From: Macrostomum lignano
Taxonomy: Eukaryota
Assembly (NCBI GenBank): GCA_002269645.1
Contig: NIVC01000197.1
Coordinates: 620,001 to 684,000 of the forward strand
Length of the DNA stretch: 64,000 nt
Direction: 5' to 3'
Shown piece after piece: positions 39,979 to 54,290 of the stretch (its first letter is position 1; each line of letters begins with the position of its first letter). The translations under genes were made by a program, and so were the position numbers. Below the pieces are notes generated by a model, which had not been told where the DNA came from, searched no databases, and worked only from the letters and a program-made list of their open reading frames with translations.

Positions 39979-40999
39979 CTGCAATAGCTCACTACTACGG
40001 AGCTGCTATACACATACATCGATTTGAATTCCTCAGAGCCCTCTCAGCTTTGAACAACGTTCACACGCATCTAATTAGTGCTAACACAAGCACCACAGTG
40101 GCAAAGTGTCAAAGTCTCAAAGTCACCTACATGCCGGATATAAGGAAGAGGCAAGACATTCCAATTCAACAAAATTGGAGAGCTCTACCAAAGAAGCTCT
40201 ACCAAAAGCCCAAGATGATACGCTGGAAGAGAACCGCTCAACAGCCTAGAACCGTATATCGACATAGAAAACTCGGAAGAAAGGTCGAATATCTGAAACA
40301 GATGTACAACTGAATTTAGGTGGATTTATTAGTTGATCCCAGTCGTCTTCAACTAATTTTGCGTATAATTTCGAATGTTGTAAAATAAGTTTTGGAGCAA
40401 AATCGAGTTTTCAGAGTGCATTCAAAATGACGCGCATATGCTTAACGAAAATTTGGAAAGAAAAAAGAATGGAACAGTCTGTTGATGGACAGATCTCTAT
40501 CTGCAGGGGTTTCATTGAATGATAGAATCATTGGTGATGCCTTCCATCTGACGATTTTCCAAACAGAGGGTATGTATAGACTGGCAATTGCAGATTTTAT
40601 TGATTTTTTTCTGCAACAACAGAGTAAGGCTTCTGTAGGCTTATGCACTGTGTATTATATACTATAATCTTGCGATGTTTGCAATCATTGAGCCATGAGC
40701 ATCTACAACTGTCGATTGGCTCACTTGGACATAAATATGTACAAATGGGATGTGAATTTAAGAGTCAAAATGGAACCTGAAGCAATGGGTCCCGATTTCT
40801 CTACGTCAATCTCTTCATTTGGAGCCAAAATAGCTCCCGTTATGCCGAAAACCGAGAACTTTAGCGTTTGGAGATCTCTATGGGGAGAAATGGGATAAAT
40901 GGGGGTTTCATGTGATGGAAAACCTTCCGAAACGTCTCAAAGGGTTAACCTCCACTTCGTCAAAGTAGAAATCGGTCTGTCTAAAATGTGTGACACAAA

Positions 41000-42476
41000 C
41001 CCAATTTGACGTCTGCGACTAAGCGAATTCCGCTTTCAGAAATGATGCAGGAAATGTTATACAGTCGGGAAAAATCAGAGGCGAAACATATAGCACAAAA
41101 CACAATGAGAGCTGGGGTGGGGGATAACATAAACGTAAACATAAACATAACAATAATGCCGCTCTTATTCTTCATACAAACATAAAAAGAGCGTTTATCG
41201 TGGTCATCTCGTCATTTAAGCACTTGATTGGCGTTGAGAAACTGGGACCGAATGTTCGGGCTCCATTTTGACTCTTAAGTTCACATCCTCTTTTTATATA
41301 TTTACATGGGCATATTATGCCTACATGTAAACAATAACAGAATAATAAATATTTCTACTTAATATATCCATTGTCTTCAAAGCGACCATCAAATCCGTCC
41401 GTTCAGTGCTTGCCTCTCCGCTGAATTCGGTCTGTGACCCGACATCTGTGTCCAAGACTCCAAGGTCGAGACGGTACTGTTGTGCAACTCAAAGACCTGG
41501 TCGTTGACCAGAAAAATGCCTATCATAAAAAACGCACTTTCAAGCAAAATTTAACGTTTGAAGACATAATGTTCATACTTTTGACATGGTATGTTCTCAT
41601 GCAGTTACAACTGCAACAACAAAAATACGTTGTCAGCCAGTCAAGCGTGGGACAACGTCACAGGGCGCGTTTCAGAGGCCTGGGCGGGAACGTAGGCTGC
41701 ACAATTTTGTCTTTGCTACATGAGTATAACTGGAGTATAAACCCTGCTTTAATGATTGATAAAAATATGGTGTAGCGTAGCGTTCGACTGTATGTAAAAT
41801 GTAGGGCTTAAAGGCCGACACAGACCGCCCCTAGCCTTCTCTATCCTTTTGCACTCAAGCACAGTGAAGTTTTTTATGCATGCGGCAAGAGGCTTGTGTA
41901 GCACAGTTCAATGCAATTAATATCAGATAGGCAGGGGTAGAGAGGGCAGTAAACACGAATATCAAGCTCACTCTGAGGGCGGAGCCCCCCAACGAGGGGG
42001 GGGGTGCGTGCCGGGGGTCGAGGTCAAACTTAGTGCAATTCCGGGGCCGCTTGTATTGCTTGAGTGCATGCGAATGCTATGGCTCTGCTTGCGTGGGAGG
42101 AGTGCATTGGAATCAATGTCTTTGTCCTGAGCAGATATCTGGCACCGCCAGCACAAACACAAGCGCCATTACCGGTGCAAATGAGCCGGAAAAAATCGCG
42201 TGAATCTCGGATTACTAAGATTAGAACACTTCAACAGAGGGAAAATGCAAGCCCAAGTAATTAAAGACAGGCAGTAATCTTCTTTTCTCTTGAAGCGGGG
42301 AATTTGAAGACCCGTTCCCCATATAGGGATCATAAAATGTTTATAGAAAATATGGGGGAAATGCACTCGCTTTACGTTAGTGCTTTATGTTTCGCCTCTG
42401 ATTTTTCCCGACTGGATAACATTTCCTGCATCATTTCTGAAAGCGGAATTCGCTTAGTCGCAGACGTCAAATTGGG
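41000..42476. mobile_element. 1.48-kb non-coding element bounded by 97-bp near-perfect inverted repeats
   Basis: 41000..41096 versus reverse complement of 42380..42476, two mismatches seen; no clear TSD. Confidence 0.7.
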
Positions 42477-42786
42477 GATCATAAATTAGCCAGCTTTGCT
42501 GCTCTAGACGGAGAGACGGGGTGATTCTCGAGTATTGCAGCATCGCGAATTTTAAGGCCTCCCCTCTTCCAAGGGTGCAATCCTGTCTTCTCACATTGAG
42601 AGTTATTAAATGCATTTTATTGCACCTGCACTGTGTATTTCCGCTCTTCATTCATTCCTCCAGTTTATTGTCACTAATTTCTAATCATTTCCTAGAACCC
42701 TAAGGAAACTTGCAGAAACTCCAACCTCTACCAGTAAAGAGTATAGTATTTTGATACTTCAGTTCTACAGTATGATAATTCAGGTC

Positions 42787-43196
42787 AGCTGAGATGCCAA
42801 GGCTTACTGGGGGAATCGATCAGATGCCAAGGCTTACTGGGGGAATCGCTGAGATGTCATGGCTTACTGGGGGAATCGCTGAGATGTCATGGCTTACTGG
42901 GGGAATCGCTGAGTTGTCAAGGCTTACTGGGGGAATCGCTGAGTTGTCAAGGCTTACTGGGGAATCGCTGAGATGTCATGGCTTACTGGGGGAATCGCTG
43001 AGTTGTCAAGGCTTACTGGGGGAATCGCTGAGATGTCATGGCTTACTGGGGGAATCGCTGAGATGTCAAGGCTTACTGGGGAAATCGCTGAGTTGTCAAG
43101 GCTTACTGGGGGAATCGCTGAGTTGTCAAGGCTTACTGGGGGAATCGCTGAGATGTCATGGCTTACTGGGGGAATCGCTGAGTTGTCAAGGCTTAC
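42787..43196. repeat. 30-bp minisatellite (~13 units)
   Basis: Unit GGCTTACTGGGGGAATCGCTGAGATGTCAT / GAGTTGTCAA variants. Confidence 0.93.
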
Positions 43197-43996
43197 GGCG
43201 GAATTGCTAAAAAGTCAATGCAAATAGGATTCACGTAAAATAATTTCCGTCCCTTGCTTATTGGGCACTAGAAGGAGGGCACTAGATTGCTAGCTTACAG
43301 AGTGATAGTTCCGTCTCGTGAAACTTCGATCTTATGAAGCGATCCATTCTGTGTTTCCAGATCTAAAACGACTAACAAAGAAAGAAAGTGACAGAGAATC
43401 GTGTTCCGGCTGTTGTATACAAAACAGTTTGGCAGGTGCCTGTCGGATCTGCTGAAAAGGGCGTGCAGTATTTGAATTCGGATTGGCTTTCCTTTCCAAG
43501 CTATTTTTAGCACCACCCGCGTGCTGTGCGTCAATGCCGCGGGGATTCCCAGCCAGCCACCCCACTCCAACAAAAGAGGGGTGGGGCACAGCCTGTGCAC
43601 TCGCATTGGTAGGCAAGGAGAGCCTTTTAAGGCCAAACAGAGACGGAGAGAAGCGAGTTCTGATCTGACTTACAATGCTTTAGCCTCAGCCATGCCGCCT
43701 ATATTAGTGGAGATGCGGTGAGAAACTAATGCTTTACAGAAATCGAAAATGCTTTAAAGAATGCTTTACAGTCCGATTTGCAGACATTTCTTCGTTTGTC
43801 CAGCTGAGTGAAAAAGTCCAAAACCGCTGGTAAGTTTCTTCTGCTTTGCTTACATAGTATTCATACCAAAAAATTGATACCGATGACAAACTTATTGATC
43901 TTCACGATAGATTGCATGAGATCGAAGCATTTATTTAGATTTGTTATATCTTGCTGGTTAGTGATTTTAGATTTTAGGCGATTTTACGTCAGTTAA

Positions 43997-45590
43997 GGAG
44001 ATAGGAGATGATTTCCCGGAGTTCAGGAGACATGAGATGATTTCCCGGAGTTCAGGAGACAGGAGATGATTTCCCGGAGTTCAGGAGACAGGAGATGATT
44101 TCCCGGAGTTCAGGAGACAGGAGATGATTTCCCGGAGTTCAGGAGACAGGAGATGATTTCCCGGAGTTCAGGAGACAGGAGATGATTTCCCGGAGTTCAG
44201 GAGACAGGAGATGATTTCCCGAAGCTCAGGAGACATGAGATGATTTCCCGGAGCTCAGGAGACATGAGATTATTTCCCGGAGTTCAGGAGACAGGAGATG
44301 ATTTCCCGGAGTTCAGGAGACAGGAGATGATTTCCCGGAGCTCAGGAGACATGAGATGATTTCCCGGAGCTCAGGAGACATGAGATGATTTCCCGGAGTT
44401 CAGGAGACAGGAGATGATTTCCCGGAGTTCAGGAGACATGAGATGATTTCTCGGAGTTCAGGAGACAGGAGATGATTTCCCGGAGCTCAGGAGACATGAG
44501 ATGATTTCCCGGAGCTCAGGAGACATGAGATGATTTCCCGGAGCTCAGGAGACATGAGATGATTTCCCGGAGCTCAGGAGACATGAGATGATTTCCCAAA
44601 GTTCAGGGGACAGGAGATGATTTTCCGGAGTTCACGGGAGACAGGAGATGATTTCCCGAAGTTCTGGGGACAGGAAATGATTTCCCGGAGTTCAGGAGAC
44701 AGGAAATGATTTCCCGGAGTTTAGGAGACAGGAGATGATTTCCCGGAGTTCACGGGAGACAGGAGATGATTTCCCGGAGCTCAGGAGACATGAGATGATT
44801 TCCCGGAGTTCAGGAGACAGGAGATGATTTCCCGGAGCTCAGGAGACAGGAGATGATTTCCCGGAGCTCAGGAGACATGAGATGATTTCCCGGAGCTCAG
44901 GAGACATGAGATGATTTCCCGGAGCTCAGGAGACATAAGATGATTTCCCGGAGCTCAGGAGACATGAGATGATTTCCCGGAGCTCAGGAGACATGAGATG
45001 ATTTCCCAAAGTTCAGGAGACAGGAGATGATTTCCCGGAGTTCACGGGAGATGATTTCCCAGAGTTCAGGAGACAGGAGATGATTTCCCAGAGTTCAGGA
45101 GACAGGAGATGATTTCCCGGAGTTCAGGAGACAGGAGATGATTTCCCGGAGTTCACGGGAGACAGGAGATGATTTCCCGGAGTTCACGGGAGACAGGAGA
45201 TGATTTCCCGGAGTTCACGGGAGACAGGAGATGATTTCCCGGAGTTCACGGGAGACAGGAGATGATTTCCCAGAGTTCAGGAGACAGGAGATGATTTCCC
45301 AGAGTTCAGGAGACAGGAGATGATTTCCCGGAGTTCAGGAGACAGGAGATGATTTCCCGGAGTTCACGGGAGACAGGAGATGATTTCCCGGAGTTCACGG
45401 GAGACAGGAGATGATTTCCCGGAGTTCACGGGAGACAGGAGATGATTTCCCGGAGTTCACGGGAGACAGGAGATGATTTCCCAGAGTTCAGGAGACGGGG
45501 GGATGATTTCCTGGAGTTTAGGAGACGGGAGATAATTTCCTAGACTTCAGGAGACAGGAGATGATTTCCCGGAGTTCAGGAGAGAGGAGA
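43997..45590. repeat. 29-bp minisatellite with 31-bp variants (~54 units)
   Basis: Unit GGAGATGATTTCCCGGAGTTCAGGAGACA. Confidence 0.96.
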
Positions 45591-45983
45591 TCTCATCATC
45601 ACTTAGTTTATCAGGTCTGTCCTACTGGTAAGATCACGGCAGACGTCTGACTAATTAACTGATGGTGCAGCACGTTCGAAGTTGTGCGCTTGGCTATAAA
45701 TAATTTATTATAATGCTCAATTTTAGAACGGTTGCTATCTTCGTTCTGTCTGCTGGCTCGCCGTCTTCGTGCTTCGGATGTGAGGACAGATATGTTTACC
45801 CGCTGCAGTGACGTGAGTAACAGATGATAAATCAACTTCTTATCTCAACATCCTCATTTGTGCAGAATGCTAGCCGGAAGTATGGCCGATTGTGTCCTGG
45901 TCTGTCGCATTCGATTTACGGATATTTCACTGCTGATTTACTAGCTGTACGGGCTAGGATCTGATGCAAATTTTGCATGTAAC

Positions 45984-46818
45984 CAGGGGCGTCCTCACAG
46001 TGCCTACATGGCATTGCTTCCCGCTATGGAAATTCAGGATTTTGCTTCAGGGCGCTAAAATGAGTATCTGTGGCGCTAAAATGAGTGCCTGCTTTGGCGC
46101 CTAAATGAGTGCCCGGCTGCAGCGCCAAAATGAGTGCCTGCAGCGCCAAAATGAGTGGCTTCAGCGGCAAAATGAGTGCCTGCAGCGCCAAAATGAGTGC
46201 CTGCAGCGCCAAAATGAGTGCCTGCAGAGCCAAAATGAGTGCCTACAGAGCCAAAATGAGTGCCTGCAGCGCCAAAATGAGTGCCTATAGCGCCAAAATG
46301 AGTGCCTGCAGCGCCAAAATGAGGGCCTGCAGCGCCAAAATGAGTGCCTGCAGCGCCAAAATGAGTGCCTATAGCGCCAAAATGAGTGCCTGCAGCGCCA
46401 AAATGAGGGCCTGCAGCGCCAAAATGAGTGCCTGCAGCGCCAAAATGAGTGCCTATAGCGCCAAAATGAGTGCCTGCAGCGCCAAAATGAGGGCCTGCAG
46501 CGCCAAAATGAGTGCCTGGCTGCGGCGCTAAATGAGTGCCTGTGGCACCAAAATGGGTGCCTGCAGCGCCAAAATGAGTGCCTGCAGCGCCAAAATGAGT
46601 GCCTGCAGAGCCAAAATGAGTGCCTGGCTGCGGCGCTAAATGAGTGCCTGTGGCACCAAAATGAGTGCCTGCAGAGCCAAAATGAGTACCTGCAGAGCCA
46701 AAATGAGTGCCTGGCTGCGGCGCAAAAAATCAGTACTAACAGCACGGCTTCTCAAAACACAATGAAGGAGAATTTTTCGTTTAGAATTCCTGGTCCCCCA
46801 TCATAAATTCCATGGCGA
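45984..46818. mobile_element. Second copy of the 39629 MITE, with an expanded 21-bp minisatellite (46050-46720)
   Basis: Starts CAGGGGCGTC; (GCCTGCAGCGCCAAAATGAGT)n; same right arm TTCTCAAAA...TCCCCC..CATAAA.TCCATGGCGA; right TIR truncated. Confidence 0.75.
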
Positions 46819-49139
46819 TATAAAAATAATCAAGTGCATGGTTCAACCAGAAGAGTCTGCAACAAACTGGTAGGGATTTTCCCACACTTCTTGCGTGACT
46901 GAAAGCAAACCGGCACTGCAGAGGCTGGTCTGGAGACCGTCAAGCATTGAATTAAAGCGGTTTCAGCTACAGCCAGATTAAAAGCCTACAATAGACTGGC
47001 AGCAAGATGCTACAGAGAAAGTCGAAGCAGGCAGAGGCTTTTTGGCTGGCACGGATGCGGGACGGCGAGTCAGAGGCTGCACACTTGGCACTTTTGCCCC
47101 CCAGATTCTGGACAGCCAAGCTGGCTTACCCAGTATCTGGGCCAAACGTTTCTGCGATGTTGCTCGCTTGCATTCGCTCCCGCATGGCGGCTTGGCTCTC
47201 CGGCTCCGTCTTTCATCCGCAGATTATGAAGCAGAAATATATGATTGTGTATTAACGAGTATTCCTGATCAGTATTTACACTATTGAATACAATATCTAG
47301 GCAATCCAAGAGTTAAATTGGTTTTCAATGAGAGTTGATTTCAATTTTTTAGCCTGAAACCACCACTCATTGCAGTTCACGGGAGGCTGGCCCGCTACAT
47401 CCGCCACGATGACGCATTCTCGGCGCACAGTAGCTGTTTTATGACTCCTTTCTTAGAAAACAATTGAATCTATCATTAAGTAGCCTAGCTGTGTTCTCGC
47501 TGTGCACTAATCAAATTATTGGCATGTAACACTAATAATTATGTTTGTTCATAGTTTGCAGTGTCTAAAAATGAAATCAGAAAAAATGTTGCCTATTATC
47601 TCAGTATTGCCTTTTCCCCTCTCTGTATATTGAAAAATCATTTCTGTAATTTAAAATTGTACGCCCGGACCGCTGCATGCTCGCAAGTGCCGGAATCCCA
47701 GAACATGCTATACCTCTGTGACTCACCTGTGCTCTACCAAGCAGGCTATTTCATTTTGGCGCCTCAGAGCTGTCTCCACAGGCCCCACTATGGACTGCTT
47801 GGCAACCGGGTGGAGCCTTGTAAATTCTGCACCCCAACAATTATGAAATTTGCTTTCTGTTTATCGGGTACAACTTGATGGCTCCAATACGGTATTGTCG
47901 TTTTGTAGCACTTATTGGAGCAGTTGCTCCTTACTCTGCTTTCATTTTGCAGCAAAAGTCCTAACTTTTGTTTGTTTGTTTGTTATTTTGTTTATCTGAC
48001 TAGCTTTCACGCTGCTGTTCTGTCTTTTGTCTTGGCCCAACGTAGATTCACTATTTTGAGCATGCCGGCCTGCACTGCCGTCAGTTGGCCACTTGGTTTG
48101 TCACTTAGAAATACAGAATATGAACGGGCTTGTGGAGTCTGTCCACTGTTCACTTTGCAGTTTATAGTAACTCAACACTTTTATTGCTTTAATCTGCCTC
48201 TCGCAACCCGAATCTACCTCTTACTCAAATCTACATTTTACCCAATTCTACCGCTTACCTAGTTCTACCGCTTACCCGAATCTACCCCTTACCCGAATGT
48301 ACCTTTTACTCGTATCTACCTTTTCAGATACGAGTTAAAATTTCACAAAACTTGTGATTAATAATGGTTCGTAAAGTACCAGCAGGTCTACGATATCAAA
48401 TTTAATTAGTTTACAAGCGGGTTTAAAACATAAGCTTTAATTTACAATTCAAAACAAAAATACAAGTTTGAATCTAACTATTCTACTGATTTCAGTAGGG
48501 TACTAAGAAAAATACGCTGAAAATGACTAAAGATATGATCGTGATCTATAATAAAACTAATAACCCTACCACAATGATCCATGAAGATTGGGGAATTAAC
48601 GCATTGGTATTCCTTCCTGAGCAGCTGGGCTTACCACAACTGAGCAAAATAGGGAATTAATTATTTCAGCATTTCATCCCCTTCCAAGCAGCCAGATTCC
48701 AGCGTTCGTAATCCCCTCAGCTGCTTGGGCCTCCTGGACTGCTCCCGCCTGCCATTCAATTCTGCTCTGCATTGTTCTCAAGCCGGAAATTCGCCACATC
48801 TGCCACAGGAATAAACCTTACTGGCCTCGGGCAGACAGCCTTGAAAAGCCCAGCAAAAATGCGGGATAGGCGCTTTGCAATAAATGACCGCACGCTGAGT
48901 TGTACGCTTGCCCAACTATCTAGAGATGAAAACTACATGTATCTAGAGATGAAAATGTGTTTCAGTGAACACAGAAAACTGAACGAGTGGGTGGGCCAAA
49001 AGATTGCGATGCAATTACATGTATCATTTACATGTACATGCAGTCTTAGTGAGCGCTGCATGATGAATGGGGAAGAAATTTCTAGCAAGATAAGGACGGA
49101 GAGGTACAAGTACGAGCGTACATGTACGGAGAGTGGAAA

Positions 49140-49720
49140 TAGAGAAGAGTGGAGAGGGAGAAGGGTGGAGAGGGAGAAGGGTGGAGAGGGAAAAGGGTGG
49201 AGAGGGAGAAGGGTGGAGAGGGAGATGGGTGGGAGGGAGATGGGTGGAGAGGGAGAAGGGTGGAGAGGGAGAAGGGTGGGAGGGAGATGGGTGGAGAGGG
49301 AGAAGGTTGGAGAGGGAGAAGGGTGGAGAAGGAGAAGGGTGGAGAGGGAGAAGGGTGGAGAGGGAGATGGGTGGAGAGGGAGAAGGGTGGAGAGGGAGAT
49401 GGGTGGAGAGGGAGAAGGGTGGAGAGGGAGATGGGTGGAGAGGGAGAAGGGTGGAGAGGGAGAAGGGTGGAGAGGAAGAAGGGTGGAGAGGAAGATGGGT
49501 GGAGAGGGAGAAGGGTGGAGAGGGAGAAGGGTGGAGAGGGAGAAGGGTGGAGAGGGAGATGGGTGGGAGGGAGAAGGGTGGAGAGGAAGAAGGTTGGAGA
49601 GGGAGAAGGGTAGAGAAGGAGAAGGGTTGAGAGGGAGATGGGTTGAGAGGGAGAAGGGTGAAGAGGGAGATGGGTGGGAGGATGATGGGAAGGTGGGAAA
49701 AGGGTGGGAAGGAGGTGGAT
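49140..49720. repeat. 16-bp purine-rich minisatellite (GGAGAGGGAGAAGGGT)
   Basis: Directly visible; contains many GGG runs. Confidence 0.93.
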
Positions 49721-50279
49721 GGTAGTACATGTAAACATACTCGTACTGTTTAGTGGAAGCAATCAATATATTGTTTAGAAATGCCAGCAATTGAATCGAA
49801 ATACAATCCGGCTAATCCGCGGGGCTATTGAGGTAATCGGTGGGGATGTTCTGAACTTGCTTCTTGTGTTTCCTTGACAACAGTAAGTCAGTTTTGAGTT
49901 TCAATCAATCACTTGGCCAATGCCAAGAAATCTTGTTGTAATTGTGTCGCAGGCTGCATGTCTGGCATCTGAGTTCAGTGCACACATTTGCCTGGCAACG
50001 AGTGCCTTGAGGTGCTCAAAGATTTTCTTTTAGCTCGTACCCAAAATGCAGTCTGCTTGGAAAGGCGCTCGCCTTAGCAACTAATTGGCAGGCTAGAAAG
50101 GCAGACGGTCCCTAATTGCTTCTTTTGTTCGTAAAAAATTACCGCGATTGGGAAGCTGTCAATTCTTCAAGTGGAGATCAGACAGCGGCACTGGGGAGTG
50201 AAAGGGGTCGACGTGTGAGGCAGTGAGACAGTGAAATTGCTAGGTAGAGAATGCATGTAGGAGAGAACCGTTATGGACT

Positions 50280-51390
50280 GAGTAGGGACTCGGGAGAGAC
50301 TGAGCAGAGACTCAGGACAGACTGAGTAGAGACTCAGGAGAGATTGAGTAGACTCAGGAGAGATTGATTAGACTCAGGAGAAACTGATTAGACTCAGGAG
50401 AGATTGAGTAGACTCAGGAGAGACTGAGCAGAGACTCAGGAGAGATTGAGTAGACTCAGGAGAGATTGAGTAGACTCAGGAGAGACTGAGCAGAGACCCA
50501 GGAGACACTGAGCAGAGACTCAGGAGAGATTGAGTAGACTCAGGAGAGACTGAACAGAGACCCAGGAGACACAGAGCAGAGACTCAGGAGAGACTGAGTA
50601 GAGACTCAGGAGAGATTGAGTAGACTCAGGAGAGACTGAGCAGAGACTCAGGAGAGATTGAGTAGACTCAGGAGAGACTGAGCAGAGACTCAGGAGAGAT
50701 TGAGTAGACTCAGGAGAGATTGATTAGACTCAGGAGAGACTGAGCAGAGACTCAGGAGAGATTGAGTAGACTCAGGAGAGATTGAGTAGACTCAGGAGAG
50801 ATTGAGTAGACTCAGGAGAGACTGAGCAGAGACCCAGGAGACACTGAGCAGAGACTCAGGAGAGATTGAGTAGACTCAGGAGAGACTGAACAGAGACCCA
50901 GGAGACACAGAGCAGAGACTCAGGAGAGACTGAGTAGAGACTCAGGAGAGATTGAGTAGACTCAGGAGAGACTGAGCAGAGACTCAGGAGAGATTGAGTA
51001 GACTCAGGAGAGACTGAGCAGAGACTCAGGAGAGATTGAGTAGACTCAGGAGAGATTGATTAGACTCAGGAGAGACTGAGCAGAGACTCAGGAGAGATTG
51101 AGTAGACTCAGGAGAGATTGAGTAGACTCAGGAGAGATTGATTAGACTCAGGAGAGATTGAGTAGACTCAGGAGAGATTGAGTAGACTCAGGAGAGATTG
51201 AGTAGACTCAGGAGAGATTGAGTAGACTCAGGAGAGACTGAGCAGAGACTCAGGAGACACTGAGCAGACTCAGGAGAGATTGATTAGACTCAGGAGAGAC
51301 TGAGCAGAGACTCAGGAGAGATTGAGTAGACTCAGGAGAGATTGAGTAGACTCAGGAGAGACTGAGCAGAGACCCAGGAGAGACTGAGAC
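50280..51390. repeat. 20/22-bp minisatellite with a ~336-bp higher-order repeat
   Basis: GACTCAGGAGAGATTGAGTA and GACTCAGGAGAGACTGAGCAGA; rare variant TGAACAGAGA at 50551 and 50887. Confidence 0.95.
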
Positions 51391-53420
51391 GAAATCCAAG
51401 AGAAACTTAGGAGAAGCTCAAAGAGACTCAGCAGATATGAATGAATGATAAAATTGAAGCTCGTTAAAGAGAAGCTTAACTAATCCCTGTGGATTGGCGC
51501 CAAAGCCAGTTGAGCTGCAAGTGACAAACTCCCGTTTAACGGGAAGCAGAATCCAGCTAATGCCGAGGGGATGCAGTGAAATGGTGTGGTAAAAATCGGA
51601 TTAAAGGATTACTCTGAAGTATTTTTTGACGAGCCGGACTCGAGCTCAATAAAAATTCACTTTTATAATCTCGGAAGAAAAGGGAAATCGATTGAAGATA
51701 TCAATTGGCAAGCAATGTGTAATGAGGTGGCCCATGAACTGATGCTCACTCTCACCTTGCCATCTGCCGGTGGTTAACAATGTCATTTATTTGCATCTTC
51801 AGAGCAGGCTTATCTGAAATTTCTTTGGCAGAAAGGAACTGCCCGCATGGTGCGCTGTTGTGATGCATTATGATTAAGCGGCAGTGGGACATGCATAATT
51901 CATGCCAAATAATGCACACATTACAGCAAACTGGGGAGGTCTATGGGAGCTCCCCATCTCCATCGGCTCTCCTGGGGGAGGCAGAAGATGGCTATGAAGT
52001 CTAAAAGCCTTCATGAATTAGTGCATGCGTACAGACACTCAACCAGACACTCAAGCGACGGGGAGACCCCAATAGAACTGAGTCAAAGTCACCGGGTTGC
52101 GATTGAAATTTTCAGCATTTTCAAATACATCGGATGACCAGACAGTGGCTGGTTCCATGTAATCCGCCTTGCTGAACTTCAATTCCAGGGAGCAACATAG
52201 CTAGCTGCTGGTGACACAAGCACCAGAAGACCTTCCTAGAGGCTCTCCTAGAGCCTGTCGTCCAGGGCCTAGCGTAATGATTTCATTGGAGCAAACTCTG
52301 AGATTTTGTTCGTAAATTATACCATACTTATTATTACATGTACATGCAGTTTTTCAGATTCCTTTGAAAGACAAAGGCGACAAGGGCACATCTCGACAGT
52401 GCAGCTGTATTATTTTCTCAAGGCACTCAGATGCTTACAGTGTTGATCTGTCCCTTCAACTTGAGCGATACAAGAGTTGACAAAGAAGCTACAACATACC
52501 GTGTAGTCTTTTTGGCTGAGCAGAGAGGAAAGAATAAACATGAAATTAGACACTGCGCATCTCAGCTAGGAATAGCACAGAATTCAGTCAATTCCTTGGC
52601 CAACTGATATGCTGTTTATGTTTCCATCTCCGGTATCTGGCTTCTACGTGCATCAGGCATGGGTATCAAGGTCCCAACTGATGAGAAAGTATTGCAGATA
52701 ATGAGGCATGCTCAATACAGGTAGCATATCATACATACCCTGCGGCGACAAAACTTTTATTGACTTTCTGAAAACAGTCGATCTGCTGAGCTCAGACAGG
52801 CTGGAAACGTTTTTTTGACTCGCTTTTGAATGCTCGAACTGACTGACACCTGGGGATAAAAGGCCACAAAGGGCTGACTCAAAGGGGTGAGTCAAAGCAG
52901 GTGTTTTCAGGTATAGGGGGATAAGAAGGACTTTGCAGCCTCACCAATCTGCAACATCGAATGCACAGAGAGGAGGACAAAGGATGCTGGAGAAGCTGGA
53001 GGTGAGTCGGGGGAAATTCTCCCCTTGGCTAGCGGTAAACACACGGGAATTCGATGAGTGCACGCAGGCCGCCTTTCCTCGGCTTTGAGAGCGGCAGGCT
53101 CTGCCCCTCCCCGAGCATAGGCTCCAGTCGCAATCGATCTGAAAATGTCCCTAAAGACTGACAGGGAGAAGAAGGGACGCTTCTTCTAGTGGAAATCCCA
53201 TCTACGCCTCTCTGTTTCTCTGACGAGGACAAAAGACGGTTTGGCACAATCAAGCCTTGCAGCGTTAGGGAGCTTACGTGCGCTTTGACTCCGCCACAGC
53301 CTTCGCCATGATTAGAAAGACAGGATAATCTCGCCATTATCAAAATTAGTTCCCTCTGCTTCTCCTTCGTTTGATAAGGACGTTTTGTTAGGCTTGTTTA
53401 GCTAATTTTTCGTCTAAATT

Positions 53421-54290
<870 letters not shown>

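Noticed and set aside
47007-48920. Exon-like islands (47007-47255 +; 47729-47826 and 48822-48919 -) with splice-like borders
   Set aside because: Phases do not join into a stop-free ORF and I recognise no domain; RNA-seq would be needed.
51990-52110. HAYRHSTRHSSDGETPIEL resembling the retro-integrase AYR.TPH..TG.TP motif
   Set aside because: Similarity too short and no other retroelement domains or LTRs nearby.
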